DNA from: Octopus bimaculoides
Lineage: Eukaryota
NCBI RefSeq assembly: GCF_001194135.2
Contig: NC_068987.1
Span: forward strand, 61,513,871-61,564,426
Length of the DNA stretch: 50,556 nucleotides
Direction of reading: 5' to 3'
The notes under the pieces were generated by a model. The model saw only the letters and a program-made list of their open reading frames with translations, had not been told where the DNA came from and made no database searches. Positions 1 through 13,392 of this stretch are shown here, one piece after another. The translations under genes and the position numbers were made by a program. Position 1 is the first letter of the stretch, and every line of letters begins with the position of its first letter.

Positions 1-43
1 AAGTTATTTCTGGGGAGGTTCTTCTCTCTTCCCCACCCAACTT

Positions 44-107
44 CCTCTTCCCCCCTCACCACCTCCCTCTTCCCCCTCACCACCTCCCTCTTCCCCCTCA
101 CCACCTC
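44..107. repeat. 21-bp tandem repeat x3 within a C/T-rich tract (about 20-200)
   Basis: Unit cctcttccccctcaccacctc. Confidence 0.9.
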
Positions 108-960
108 CCACTTGCCCTCCTCCCCTCCCCCTTATTCCTCTCCTCCTCACCTCATCCCTTCTCAACTGCTTCTTCCCCACCTCCATCTCATCCTACCCCA
201 CCAGATATTGTTTCAGTGGTGTTTGTTTGTCTGTGGACAAGATATTTCAAGAACCCCTGGATGGATTCAGATGAAACTTTCAAAGATATTTGGCCTCATG
301 ACTGGCACGGTCTCATTAGATTTTGGGATCGATCCAATACCAGACAAGGATTCTGGATTATTTTTCCAATTCTTTTTACTTTACATGAATATGTAAAGTT
401 CCACATAGTTCTCTTGTACACGCACACACATACACACGTATACTCACACATTTTCAATGTTGAACACTACAATCCCATTTCCATTGTACATACACACATA
501 CACACACACACACTTAAACATACCTCTCTTTAGACACACATATACTCAGACTTCAAACACCATTTATTGGCTTTTTCACTCCTTCCTTCGTTAGTCATCT
601 ATCACCCCTTCCTTTCACATTCATATGATGCTCTCTTTGCCCATTGTCATTACTTTCTCTCACTCCCTCTCAGTCATGGCTATTACTCTCACTACTTCCC
701 TTTCACTGTATTAGTATTTCATCTCCCCTCCCTTCACTCAATATATATATATTTGGATTATTTTTCCATTTGAGAATGGTCGGGTTCATTTTCAGTATTC
801 TCATTTGTGAGACCAGTCTCCGGTTAATTGTTGAGAGGACGTTGGTGTTGCCTTGGCGGAGGTTTGTGCTCTCTGAGTACTCTTGTTTTTATTATTTTTC
901 AGTATTGACTGAAACACATAGACAATGTTTATCATTGTCTACGTGACAATGATAGTGAAG

Positions 961-1017
961 TTCTTGTGGGCCACTAACAGTAAAGTTCTTGTGGGCCACT
1001 AACAGTAAAGTTCTTGT
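961..1017. repeat. 25-bp tandem duplication
   Basis: ttcttgtgggccactaacagtaaag x2 plus a partial unit. Confidence 0.95.
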
Positions 1018-1340
1018 CATCATTGGTGGCTCACCTTACAAAGGTATTAGTTGATGCCTGTGAGGGTGCGTGGCTATTTCAATGCTTTAGCTTTGCCATC
1101 ACCCATGGTAATGCTGCGAGTGTTTTAGCTTGCTTCAGTAGATTCTATTGAACTTTATGGTGTGTGACCAATTGAAACACTTTATGTTGAATTGATGACT
1201 TTTCTTTCTTTTCTTCCTTTTGTCTATTTTTACCTCTTTTTTTCTTCTTTTTATTTTCTCTTGGCACATTCCTGTTTTCTTTGCTTTTAGATTTGTATTT
1301 TAATGTAGTTTTGTTTTATATATATATATCATATAAGACA

Positions 1341-1552
1341 GTGAGCTGGCGGAGTCATTAGCATACTGGGTAAAAGGCTTAGCGGTATTTTGCTCATCGC
1401 TACATTCTGAGTTCAAATTCCACCAAGGTCGACTTTGCTTTTCATCCTTTTGGGGATCAATAAATTAAGTACCAGTGAAACACTGGGGTAAATGTAATCG
1501 ACTAGTCCGTTCCCACCAAATTTGAGGCCTTGTGCCTCCAGTAGTAAGGATT
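1341..1552 (+). mobile_element. tRNA-derived SINE family A
   Basis: A/B-box head (tggcgga... gagttcaaattcc) and body gtcgactttgcttttcatcc; more than 12 copies in the window. Confidence 0.85.
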
Positions 1553-2005
1553 ATATATATATATCATATACATATGGCAGTGCTCTAGCATGGCCACAGT
1601 CAAATGACTGAAACAAGTAAAGGGATATGTGCTATTTAAAAAGGGTGAAGACCTCCCTTCAGTCATAAATGACCATGGGATTGCACCTAGAAAGTTACCC
1701 TCCAAAGCACAGGTCTGGGCAAGGCTGTTTATGGAAGACCAGCAGTCACCCATGCACACCAACCTCCCCTATCCATGCCATCGATGTTATCCCAGGGAAA
1801 GACAAAGGTTAATACAGCTTGGCACCAGTGACATTACAATTCATTTCTACAGTTAAGTGAACTGGAGCAATGTGAAATAAAGTGTCTTGCTCAAAATGTG
1901 GGAGTGTCTAGAAAGTGTCAATGTCTACTCACAACAACATATGCACCTAAAAGAATTAGCAAGGTACATGTTACAAAGTCATACTTGTTCATGAGTGATG
2001 GCTGT

Positions 2006-2252
2006 GGAGGCATGTGGCTTAGTGGTTAGGGTGTTGGACTCATGGTTGTAGGATTGTGGTTTCAATTCCTGGCCTGGGCGACATGTTGAGTCCTTGAGCG
2101 AAATATATCATTTCATGTTGCTCTAGTCCACTCAGCTGGCAAAAATGAGTAAACCTGAGATGGACTGGTTCGCATCCAGGTGGAAAATATATACAGCATG
2201 GAAACCAGGAAACTTGCCCTTGGGACTTAGCGTGACTCAAGAAATTAACTTT
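2006..2252 (+). mobile_element. tRNA-derived SINE family D (second copy at 26134-26387)
   Basis: Head tggcttagtggttagggtgttggactc...gtttcaattcc; body ccactcagctggcaaaaatgagt. Confidence 0.85.
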
Positions 2253-3002
2253 TTATTTTGTTATGAGTGACGGCTGGCTCTAACAAGGATGTAAAGAAAA
2301 TCAAAAGGGTTTTGAGGAATGAAGTCTTCTGTCTCTTTATAAAGCAATCCTTTGAAACATAGGCACTAAATACAAAGGGACTGCAAGTTCTCTTGCAGCT
2401 CCAATCTAAGTAAAGTTTGCTGGATGTGCAGTTTTTATTTACCTGATAGGTTGAGCATAAGCATGTTAAGAAAGTAACAAGGTGCTAAAAACAGTGGTAA
2501 ATTTATGCTACTGGTTGGTGCTTGCAGGTAGAAATTCAGTATGGAATTTTGTAGGCCACGATACATAAACAATTTACACCTAGAAAACAAATTCTTCACA
2601 GTAAACAAGATATGTCACATGTACCTGTTGCTATGAAAATTGACTGAAAGATTTCTTCTGAATCTCCACAGCAGATGAAATTGCTTAGTCACTATAAAGT
2701 TTCATTGCTATGAGTGGAAGCAACCAACAGCAATCTGTTGAATGAATTTAGGTTTTGATCACATCTAACAATTCTACTTCTTGGTTGTCACTAACTGCAG
2801 ATATCAACAAAGCTTCACAAAGAAGCACATTGACTGCATTAACTCTTAGGAAACCATCTTGATGGGTAATTGTTTTTAGTTATGATAATTTATGTACTAG
2901 ATCATATAACTTGCAACATTTAATTATTTTCATTTTCATACTGCTATCAATTGAGAACATCCTCAAGTATAATAAATTTACAATATCATATAACTTACAA
3001 AG

Positions 3003-3211
3003 GTGGCGAACTGACAGAATTGTTAGCACACTACACAAAATTCTTAGCAGCATTTCGTCTGTCTTTACATTCTGAGTTCAAATTCCACAGAGGTCGACTT
3101 TGCCTTTCAGGGTTTATAAAATAAGTACCAGTTAATCATTGTGGCTGGAGTAATTACTTGACTTACCCCATCCCCACAAATTGCTCGCTTTCTGCTAAAA
3201 TTTGAAACCAA
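3003..3211 (+). mobile_element. SINE family A
   Basis: Same consensus as 1341. Confidence 0.8.
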
Positions 3212-3695
3212 TATATAGTTATCTTCCCTTCCATACTGTTATTAATTAAAGAACCTTCTCAGAAATAATTTATTTACTTTATGATAAGACTTATGCAGTT
3301 ATCTTCTCTTCCATCCTATTATTTATAGAAAACTTCATGATGATGGATTTTTCATCTGTTTCATGTTCAGTAACAAGCCTCACATTTCCTTGAGCATCAT
3401 CATGTGCTAAAATCACATTTTCTTGAAAGACATAGTATGAATATATAGTGTAATTGGATGATGCTTGCTGAAAGAGAAACTCCTCTCGAAAAATGCAAAC
3501 ATAATAAATGTGATTTTTTTGTGTTGTTGTTTTATGGCAGAGATAAAACAACAATGACTTGAGAAAGTAGTTAAACATAACTTCATATGTGTACTATTGC
3601 AGGATAGTAATATAGGAATAATGTAATAGATCAATCTAATTCATACTAGATTAGGAGGAAAAAAATGGATATTAAAAAATAGTAACAAAATAGTA

Positions 3696-4079
3696 CTCTT
3701 TTACTCTTTTACTTGTTTCAGTCATTTGACTGCGGCCATGCTGGAGCACCACCTTTAGTCGAGCAAATCGACCCCAGGACTTATTCTATCAGTCTCTTTT
3801 GCCGAACTGCTAAGTTACGGGGATGTAAACAGAGCAGCATCAGTTGTCAAGCGATTTTGGGGGGACAAACACAGACACACAAACACACATATATATATAT
3901 ACATATACATATATATGACGGGCTTCTTTCAGTTTCCGTCTACCAAATCGACTCACAAGATTTTGGTCGGCCCGAGGCTATTGTAGAAGACACTTGCCCA
4001 AAGTGCCACACAGTGGGACTGAACCCAGAACTGTGTGGTTGGTAAGCAAGCTACTTACCACACAGCCACTCCTGCGCCT
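3696..4079 (-). mobile_element. tRNA-headed SINE family B, full length with internal (TA/CA)n
   Basis: Head tggctgtgtggt...ggttcagtccc; tail aaatgactgaaacaagtaaaagag; about 15 copies in the window. Confidence 0.9.
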
Positions 4080-5051
4080 ATGTAGTTTAATCCACCCAAT
4101 ATCTTACCATCTGTGCTAATGGTAAAATTTTTTGGCGTTCCTAAACATAACACTCAGTGATGTCTGCATTGATGTGTTTAAAAATAAACACATCACAATT
4201 TCAGGAAATATTACATTATCACATAATAAATTTCATTTGTTTGTTTTCAGTCCATTTTTCCATGCTAGCATGGGTTAGATGAATGTATTATTGAGATATA
4301 GTTTTACAGCTGGATGTCTATCCTGTTCCCAATCCTTATCTGCTTTTCAAGTAGGGATCTCTTATTTCATACATCTTTGAAGGCATGAACCATATGGGTG
4401 ATATGTTGACAGGAGATGAGACAACAGCATTCATAGCTCATGATATTCATACAGTGCAAATGTAAACATGCACACACACACACACACACACACACGTGCA
4501 CACACACGTGCACACACACACATACATACAAATACATACAAACACACACATACACAAATGCATGCACATGCACATACACACACATTCTCTCTCTCACACA
4601 CACACACATGATGTTTTCTTTTAGGTTCCGTCTACCTAATACACTTTGTCCTAATGCTCAGAGTGCCAGTTACCCATTTATTTCAGACATATAAGAGACC
4701 GAAATCACAATATTTCCTCTAAACGGGCAACCGATTCATCACCGGATTACTCATTTATAGCCGAGTGGATTTGAACAGCATTAAATAAAGTGTTTCACAT
4801 AAGAACACAGCGTATTGAAACCATAACTTTGCAATCACAAGTAAAACACTTTAACCACTAAGCCACATACCTTCATGCACACACACACAACTGACCAGCA
4901 AATGTTTGTCTCATTACTCCGGAATTCTTTTGAGCCCATTTTTCCCTACAGAGTTTGTCTTACAGATGTTAAAGCGAAACACCAACCACATTAATCTCAC
5001 AGAATATCTGTGAAAGTTATAGACACTACATAATATTTCTTTTAAAAATTA

Positions 5052-5660
5052 GGCACAGGTGTGGCTGTATGGTATGAAGCTTGCAAGCTGGCAGAAACAT
5101 TAGCACGCCGGGCGAAATGCTTAGCGGTATTTCGTCTGCTGTTACGTTCTGAGTTCAAATTCTACTGAGGTCGACTTTGCTTTTCATCCTTTTGGGGGTC
5201 GATAAATTAAGTACCAGTTACGCACTGGGGTAGGTGTAATCGACTCGATCCCTTTGTCTGTCCTTGTTTGTCCCCTTGTGGGCAATAAAGAAATAAGATG
5301 CTTGCTTCCCAACCACATGGTTCTGGGTTCAGTCCCAATGCATGACATCATGGGCAAGTGCCTCTACTATAGCCTCAGACCAACTAAAACCTTGTGGGTG
5401 GATTTAGTAGATGGAAACTGAAAGACGCTTGTCGTATATATATATATATATATATATGCATATATCTGTGTTTCCACCCACCCTTTGACAACTGGTGTGG
5501 GTGTGTTTACGTTCCCGTAACTTAGTGGTAAGGCAAAAGAGAGAGGTAGAATAAGTACTAGGCTTTAAAAAAAAAAAATCCCGGAGTCGATTTGATCGAC
5601 TAAAAAACCCTTTATGCAATTCCCCAGCATGGACACAGTTTAATGACAAAAACAAAAGAC
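5052..5660 (+). mobile_element. SINE family B interrupted by family A
   Basis: Head at 5052-5084; resumes at 5298. Confidence 0.85.
5085..5297 (+). mobile_element. SINE family A nested in the head of a family B SINE
   Basis: Flanked by gaagcttgc / gatgcttgc. Confidence 0.85.
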
Positions 5661-5964
5661 AGAAGTCCATTAGCTAGAAGCATAACATATTCAAGGGAGA
5701 GAACTCTTTAAAAATATTTTTGAGTTGTTTCACCCCAAATCGAGCAGCTCTCCAATTAAAAGGCGTTCCGTCCATGAATAACCCGCCTCTTTAAAAGTAT
5801 CCCGAGCCTTCACTCTTGTTTTGATATGGTGGAATGTGACTTGACGGAGAATTTACTCTAATCTCCAGTTTGTTAAATGATCACACAGAAACTCCGTCAT
5901 TGACCAGAATATTTGAGTAGCTTATCTTCCTAATTTATACTATGTAAACTCAATATTTTTTACT

Positions 5965-6325
5965 TCTTTTAGTCATTATACTGCGGCCATGCTGGGGCAT
6001 TGCCTTCAGAAATTTTAGTCAACAAATCGGCCCCAGGACTTATTAATTTTATTATACCTGTTACTTATTCTATTTTCCTCTTTTGCCAAACCGCTAAGTT
6101 ACAGGATGTAAACGCACCAGCACCGAATGTCAAGCAGTGATGGGGGACAAACACAAGATACAAAGACGCATACACACACACACACACATATATATGACAA
6201 GCTTCTAGTTTCTGTCTATCAAATTCAGTCACAAGGTTTTGGTCAAACTGAGGCTATAGTAAAAGACACTTGTCCAAGGTGTCATGCAGTGGACTGAACC
6301 CGGAACCATGTGGTTAGGAAGCAAA
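5965..6325 (-). mobile_element. SINE family B
   Basis: Reverse complement of the consensus. Confidence 0.85.
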
Positions 6326-6384
6326 AGTTGCAAAACTATTTAGTTATTATAGCCTGCCAGGTAAAGAAAGAAATTCCAAATGTG

Positions 6385-6778
6385 TGCAACAGGAGTGGCT
6401 ATTTGGTAAGTAGCTTGCTTACCAACCACATGGTTCTGGGTTCAGTCCCACTGCGTGGCAACTTCGGCAAGTGTCTTCTACTATAACCTCAGGCCGACCA
6501 ATGCCTTGTGAGTGGATTTGGTAGACGGAAACTGAAAGAAGCCCGTCGTATATATGTATATATATATGTATGTGTGTTTGTGTGTCTGTGTTTGTCCCTC
6601 CACCATCGCTTGACAACCGATGCTGGTGTGTTTACATCCCCGTAACTTAGCGGTTCAGCAAAAAGAGACTAATAGAATAAGTACTAGGCTTACAAAGAAT
6701 AAGTCCTGGGGTCAATTTGCTCGACTAAAGGCGGTGCTCCAGCATGGCCGCAGTCAAATGACTGAAACAAGTAAAAGA
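6385..6778 (+). mobile_element. SINE family B, full length, young
   Basis: Matches the consensus; CpGs retained. Confidence 0.9.
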
Positions 6779-6894
6779 GCAACATCCTGGACCTCTGTCA
6801 TTGTTCTGTCTCTTGGGTCACATAGACTTCTGCCAATCTCAGTCATATTGCCTCAAATAACACTGTAACACAATCTTTGTCCTTGGGTAGCAAT

Positions 6895-7195
6895 TGCTAT
6901 TTCCTATTTGCTTACCCCTAGAAAGGATGAAAAATGGCTAATATTTCCTTCAAACTTTGATTTTGTTACATTTATTCAAACCCCAAAGAATCCCTCTCAA
7001 CACATGGCTATGATGCTCATCCACTACTACTCCTACTCATGATCAGAGATGCACAGTCAGTCACTAAGGGACACTGAAATGTAATGGAAAATAGGTCAGT
7101 TTAAAAACATTGATATCCAGGTCATAAAGGCAAAGTTTGAAGGGAATAACAGTCATTTCCTTTGATTTCCAGATAGAAGCAAATAGGAAATAGCA
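6895..7195. mobile_element. MITE with 19-bp perfect TIR
   Basis: tgctatttcctatttgctt (6895-6913) is the exact inverse of 7177-7195. Confidence 0.65.
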
Positions 7196-7789
7196 CTTAC
7201 TGACCTAAGACAAAAGAAAATTAAAAATTTTGTTACGCAGTATAATTGTTCCTACCTCAAAATATTGGGTACTTCTATCACTCCACTTCTTATCATACAT
7301 CCTGCTAATCACTATCATTCATGCCTGTATCACTCTGTAAGCTTATCACTCTGTAAAGAGGAAGACAATTGAGCAGGAACAAAAAGTTGCAAGGTCCTTT
7401 TTGTCATGTCGAGAACATGACTATGTTTCTAGTGCTGGTGTCATGAAAAACACACCCAGTATATACTGTAAAGTGGTTGGCGTGAGGAAAGCCATCCAGC
7501 CAAACTGAAACATGAGCGAGACAAGGTTTCTGCCCATCCCCACCATCAACTTGTTTAGGTTAGCAAACCTGTCCAATTCATGCCAGCATAAACAGTTAAC
7601 AAAAAGCAACAATGATGATGATGATGTTCAAACCATCGGTCAAAAGTGGGAAATATGATGTTAAGGGAAATAATGCAATTAAAAGCAAAAAAAAAAAAAA
7701 AACAAGACTCAGTAATAACACAAAAATTTAATGACATTTTATTTAAGACACAGGAATGATTACAGCTAACCATTATATTTCATACATTC

Positions 7790-7980
7790 ATAGATATATA
7801 TATATATATAAATATATAACTATATATATATATGAATATATATATATAAAAAATGTATATATAGATATATATATAAATGAATATATATATATATATAATA
7901 TATATATATGAATATATATAAAAAATATATATATATACATATATAAATCTCTATATATATATATGAATATATATATATAT
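7790..7980. repeat. Compound (AT)n microsatellite
   Basis: About 190 bp of interrupted AT. Confidence 0.95.
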
Positions 7981-10900
7981 CACAATGAAAATACAAACTA
8001 AGTAATCTGGTCATAGTAAAACTAAATAGGTATGTAAAACTTCCAAAGAAGTATTTTGTGTGTCTGTGGGTGTGAGGCAATAAAATCATTTGTCCAGACC
8101 AGATTATTACACTATATAATCATCTATTTAATCCTACCGGGGACTAAGGGTTGGAATTTCTGAGACACTAAAGAGGTAGATAGACATGTCTGATGATGAG
8201 GAGGAAGAAGAGAGGTAGAAATTCTTGGGAAAGTATTTTCTCCTCTTTATTAATGAAAAAGATGACACATGTATAAAAAAAAAAAAAAAATTTTTTAATT
8301 AATAGACACACAACAGACAACAAAATACAACAATATAGTTGGTTTAATTTTTTTTTTTTTCCCTGCAGACTCAAAGAATTCCAGTAGTCATTTCAAGATT
8401 AATCCATAATCATTCTGAAGTAATCTTGAAATAATTCTAGCCAAGGCAATTTGTTTAAATTAAAGAACAGTAAAACATTATGGTTCTTTAACTTAACATT
8501 AGCCATATAGGAAGAAACATTTAATTCATTGTTTGTTTGTTTTGTTTTTGTTTTTGTTTTTTTATTATTTCCATTCTATATTTTATAGAACCATTGATTC
8601 CTGAAAATAATGGATCAGAACATTTAGGGAAATGTACTGTAGAAATAAATAAATAAATATGAAATAGATGATGATATCTTTTGCCATGGTACAAGGTGTT
8701 TTGCTTTTTAAAAGAGAGTAGAGTTAATAGAATCTAAGCTCATAGCCGTTTCCCACCTCACACCCCAACCAAAAAGCTGAGGGAATCAATTCTGGTAAGA
8801 ATTTATTGAATTCAGAATGGGTATGGGTTCTAGAAACACTGTGAAATTATCAAAAGTTACCACAGATAAAGTTAACTCTCCCAATTCACAACCAGGATAT
8901 TTATGAAAAATTAATATTAATGCCGATATCTATTAACTAATTTGTTAGAGAAAGTAATGGGAAATAGAAAATATAGGGACAAAGAGCTATTTCAAATGAT
9001 TCAGTAATATGAACTTTTTTTATTGGCATGGAAGGTGTGTTTGGTAAAATACTTTAATGATTTAGGTTATTGATTGTACAAAATGAAATATAATCAGATG
9101 ATAAATATATATCATTTTTTTCTCTCCTGAAGATGTGGATAACACATTACTTTCAAATGAATTATGTATTTTATGCCATTGAAAAAGCTGGGACAGGCAA
9201 CTTATGAACTGTGTGAAATTTATGCTTTTATGCTTCTCATTATATATATAATGTTTTGGAGAATCGGAATCAACAGTTTGGCTATGCATGAAATCAAAAT
9301 ATGCTATCTTGTTTTGTAAAGGTATCATGTCTATGTCCAAAATCCTTCTGAATAATTTCTAAATGAATACTGACACATTCCAGTTGTGATATCAACTCTC
9401 AGTAAGCAATTTAGCAATGTTTCATTAAAAAAGGTAGGTTAGGAAGGAATGACAATGCCCTTTTATTTTAATAAATACCATTGTCACCTGGTCAACAAGA
9501 GATGCAAATTCATAATTCCTGTTGAGCAGTTCAATGCGTTGTTTATGACTAAACCCCATAGTTTACAAATATTTGAAGATATAATATTTCTATAAATACA
9601 TGTAAACTTTTGACTAAGAATAAAACCCTCTCCTGTAAAGACATACATTAGGCAACTGGTTGTTATTTTATTCCAGAGAGGTATAACTTTTTGTTCGCGT
9701 TTCTCAAAACACCAGAATTAATTATAGATTCCAAGAATATGATTTATGCTATTTTCACTCTCTTGAGTGGTAGACTGAAATACAATTACCTAGTCTTTGA
9801 GTGCCTTTAAAGCAGAATCTACTTCGTTCTGAACACCAATCCCAGTTCCCTCCCAGATCACCTTTGTTTTGCACATGCTTGAATAAAGCATATACTGCAT
9901 GAATCTCACCAATATGGTAGCACATGCAAAGGTTGTGGATACTGTCCCTCCTTCCCAATGTTTGTTGATTTTTATGTCCATATTTTCAGGCTAGCATGGG
10001 TTAGATGAATATATTTCTGAGGTATTGTTTTACAGCCAGATGCCCTTCCTTTTATTAACCCTTATTTATAAAAGAAAATGAACTTAAGCTTTGTAAGTGC
10101 AAGGCAAAACAATTATTAGCATAATCTTAAAACTAATTATAGTTAAAAATTAATTATACCTATTAGCATAAGTTTAAAACTATGAAAGCAAAAAGATGAT
10201 CATTTTATAATAAGATAGAAATGATTTGGGGATTCTATGATTGACATTTTAATAGAAATAAGAAGCCAGTAATATCCTAATTATTTCTCATATTTCTGAT
10301 CACTGTGGTGATGAACAGATTTAAATTAGCTTTATTAACTCCAGCAGAATGGATATTTTCGACAGCTTTTACCAAAACTCAAAAGGTTCTAGCCTCTTAC
10401 AATGTAAATAAACAATGCCAAGCTCTAGAGCCAGAAGAAAGTAAAAGTCTTTTTCTCTGCATGGAAAAAGATCAGTTCAATAAAATTCAGGAAGTTGAAT
10501 AATTTGTAAGGTGAGAAGAGAAGATAACTTTGCTGTCTTAGGCAGAGCCTTTTAATGAAAGTTCTGACAACACATGGAAAAGAGACTAAATTCCAGAGAG
10601 GTATTTTTTCTTGCAATATTTAAAAGGATAAGTATTTATTACAACTGAATTACCATATTCTGCTTAGTTAAAATGTTTGTGTGTGTGTGTGTGTCCGTCC
10701 TTAGTGTTTTTTCTTTATTCATAATCAGTTAAGCATTAACTGAAGGATTACTCAATGCATTTAAAGAAAGACATAAAAATAATTTTTTACAAGGGAACAT
10801 TTGACAGTAACTTCAAAGCTTTGCCATGAAGTGACTTCCTCAGACTGTCTGGGGAAGCCAGTTCATGATGAAACTTGGGAGACACTGTTAACCTTTCCTG

Positions 10901-11499
10901 CTCTCAAAAGGCCCAGAGGGGAACTTAATGTCTAAAACATTAGCATACAAAGCTAGAACTGCTTCAGGTAATAGAAGACAGAAAACTATTTCTCCAGTCA
11001 GAGCAACCACAGTCATTACAAACAGATACTGTTATTATTGAGGTATTTGTCATATATCTGCAATTGGAGCTAATAAAAACCAAACTAATAATTGATTTGT
11101 AATCAGAGACAGAACAAAGGAATCGCTGGTTCAAAGTGTATAGTGTGATAACTATGCAACACCATAGACTTTCGTATCTTTTGTGCAGTGTCTTCCTACA
11201 TATATATATATATATATATATATATAAACAGCATAGACTTTTAAAAACTTTACATTAGTAAGTCTTTGCCAGTGATTTCGAGCTGCAGGCTAGAATTTGA
11301 TTGTGGCTGGAGAAGTAAATGAAATTTAAAAAAATTTTAAAAGGTGATTTAAAAAAAAATGTGTTCTACATGTGTTCAACATTCATATACTTTGGGCTAC
11401 TAATTAAAAATGAAGCCTTAATTATTAGACAATTATTGAAAAACACATACATCAGCTTGCTTCAAGTACTTTACAAAGTATCTGACAAAACAGTGTTTG

Positions 11500-12855
11500 A
11501 CAACAATCAGTATGTTAATAACATCGAGAAGAAATTTGATTTTATACAAAATAACAAGAAGTAACATGTAAGCAACACATGAAAAGCTAACAAAGAAAAA
11601 TATTTAAACATGATAATTCTTATCCATTTTCAAATGCTGATGTCTTTTGACTCGCCACATATGCAATTTATTTTTTAAAAGGAGAGTAATAATTGATTGA
11701 TTGAATAGACTCCCTGTATATTACTGGTATTTTATTGACTTATGAGGTGATGATCAGACCAAACTGAGTCCAACAAGACACATATATATATATATATATT
11801 TATACATATATAGTTCCATATACAAGTTTTAAAATACTTGGATGGAATATAAGCAAAAAATTGTAAATGTTAGTTTATTATTTTTAGATAAATAAGAGTA
11901 GACTTTTATTTTTAAAAAGTGAACTGATATTTTTTATTTATAGATTATCAAATTATTATATATTTTTTTATCAATATCATAAATAAGAATTATGCTATGT
12001 ATGGTTTAAAAAGGATGTAAAAACAAGTAATTCATTTGGAAGTCAGTAGAAACCAACAGCCAAAAAGCAAGTACTTATAGTTGTAGATGTAGACAACTAT
12101 ATGTGTTTGTGGGTTGATGTACCTCTTGTAGATAACATTTTAGAGATACACACTGTTACTGTGATATATGTGGTAAATAGAAAGATAAAAAGAAATACAT
12201 GCCTGACAGCAAGAAAATTCTCAAAATACAATAATATTTTTTTTCAAAAACCCAAACAAACAGATATTTACATAAGCCAGAGATCAAAAAAATTTACTGA
12301 GCAGTTTTCTTCAAGAACCCTTCTCATGAACTGAAGCTAACTTTGAAAGAAGTTAACATGCCATAAACTAACACTCAAAAATAAATGAATTATTCTTAAA
12401 GCTTTTTAGAATATCATTAAACAACAGCAACAAATTCAGTTGATTTTATTATAAGTTATGTTAAAATATTTTTTATTAGAATATAAAAGTGAAAGAGAAT
12501 TGGTTTAGGAAATAGAGAATAGAAATAAAACTTTCCATTTAAAAAAAAAATTGACATCCAGCCAGGTTTTACTATAAAAATTTCACAACACTTTTTATAA
12601 ATGTTTGAAAATTTGAAAGCTGTCAATCAAAATTTTTTTTAGTTAATATTTGGAGATAATTATTGATACAAATTAAAAATAATTAGTAATAAAATATTCC
12701 TTATTTCACAAAATAAGCAATGAGACAAATAAAAATAAAGACTCATATTAGAGAGAAGTTAGTAGAAAGATGGTAAAACATAGATTGGAAAAAGGCAACT
12801 AGCTGAGTTTCTGTTTATCTATCTATCTTCAAAATAAAAGATGATGCTTGTAGAA
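11500..12855 (-). other. Probable R3HDM4 3' UTR (end undetermined)
   Basis: Follows the stop codon; very AT-rich and SINE-free; several AATAAA on the minus strand (e.g. 12445-12450, 12472-12477). Confidence 0.45.
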
Positions 12856-12959
12856 TCACTGGTTTTTCTGAATATACTGGCTCAGTAGAACATTTGGAGG
12901 CCTGAAGTAGTCCTTGGAATTTTCCACTTCAATTCTCCTGATGCCTTCTTCTTCGAAAC
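12856..12959 (-). CDS. R3HDM4: R3HDM4 terminal coding exon 7 (FEEEGIRRIEVENSKDYFRPPNVLLSQYIQKNQ*), 104 nt
   Basis: Acceptor aaatctag in phase 1; TGA at 12858-12856; matches the R3HDM4 C-terminus [30 protein letters not shown]. Confidence 0.93.
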
Positions 12960-13071
12960 CTAGATTTTAAATGGTAAAAAATAAATTATCAAGTAAAAAG
13001 CATAAATTTAATTAGATATAAATAGAATGGTTTTTATCTTTCGTCTTCTTTTTTTTTTTTTTTACATAATT

Positions 13072-13392
13072 GCGTGGCAACTTGGGCAAGTGTCTTCTAC
13101 TATAGCCTCGGGTCGACCAAAGCCTTGTGAGTGGATTTGGTAGACAGAAACTGAAAGAAGCCTGTCGTATATATGTATATATATATATGTATGTGTGCGT
13201 ATATGTTTGTCCCCCCCAACATTGCTTGACAACTGATGCTGGTGTGTTTGTCCCCATAACTTAACAGTTCGGCAAAAGAGACGGATAGAATAAGTACTAG
13301 GCTTACAAAGAATAAGTCCTGGGGTCAATTTGCTCGACTAAAGGCGGTGCTCCAGCATAGCCGCAGTCAAATGACTGAAACAAGTAAAAGAG
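13072..13392 (+). mobile_element. SINE family B, 5'-truncated, in intron 6
   Basis: Consensus body and tail. Confidence 0.85.

Noticed and set aside
3713-4045. Recurring ORFs with YQIHSQGFGRPEAIVEDTCP-like peptides
   Set aside because: Translations of SINE family B, not a gene family.
8176-8215. ATG TCT GAT GAT GAG GAG... acidic start on the plus strand
   Set aside because: Low-complexity sequence, weak donor and no downstream exon chain.
10305-10935. Plus-strand coding-looking stretches
   Set aside because: Interrupted by stops, no recognisable homology and no consistent splice chain.
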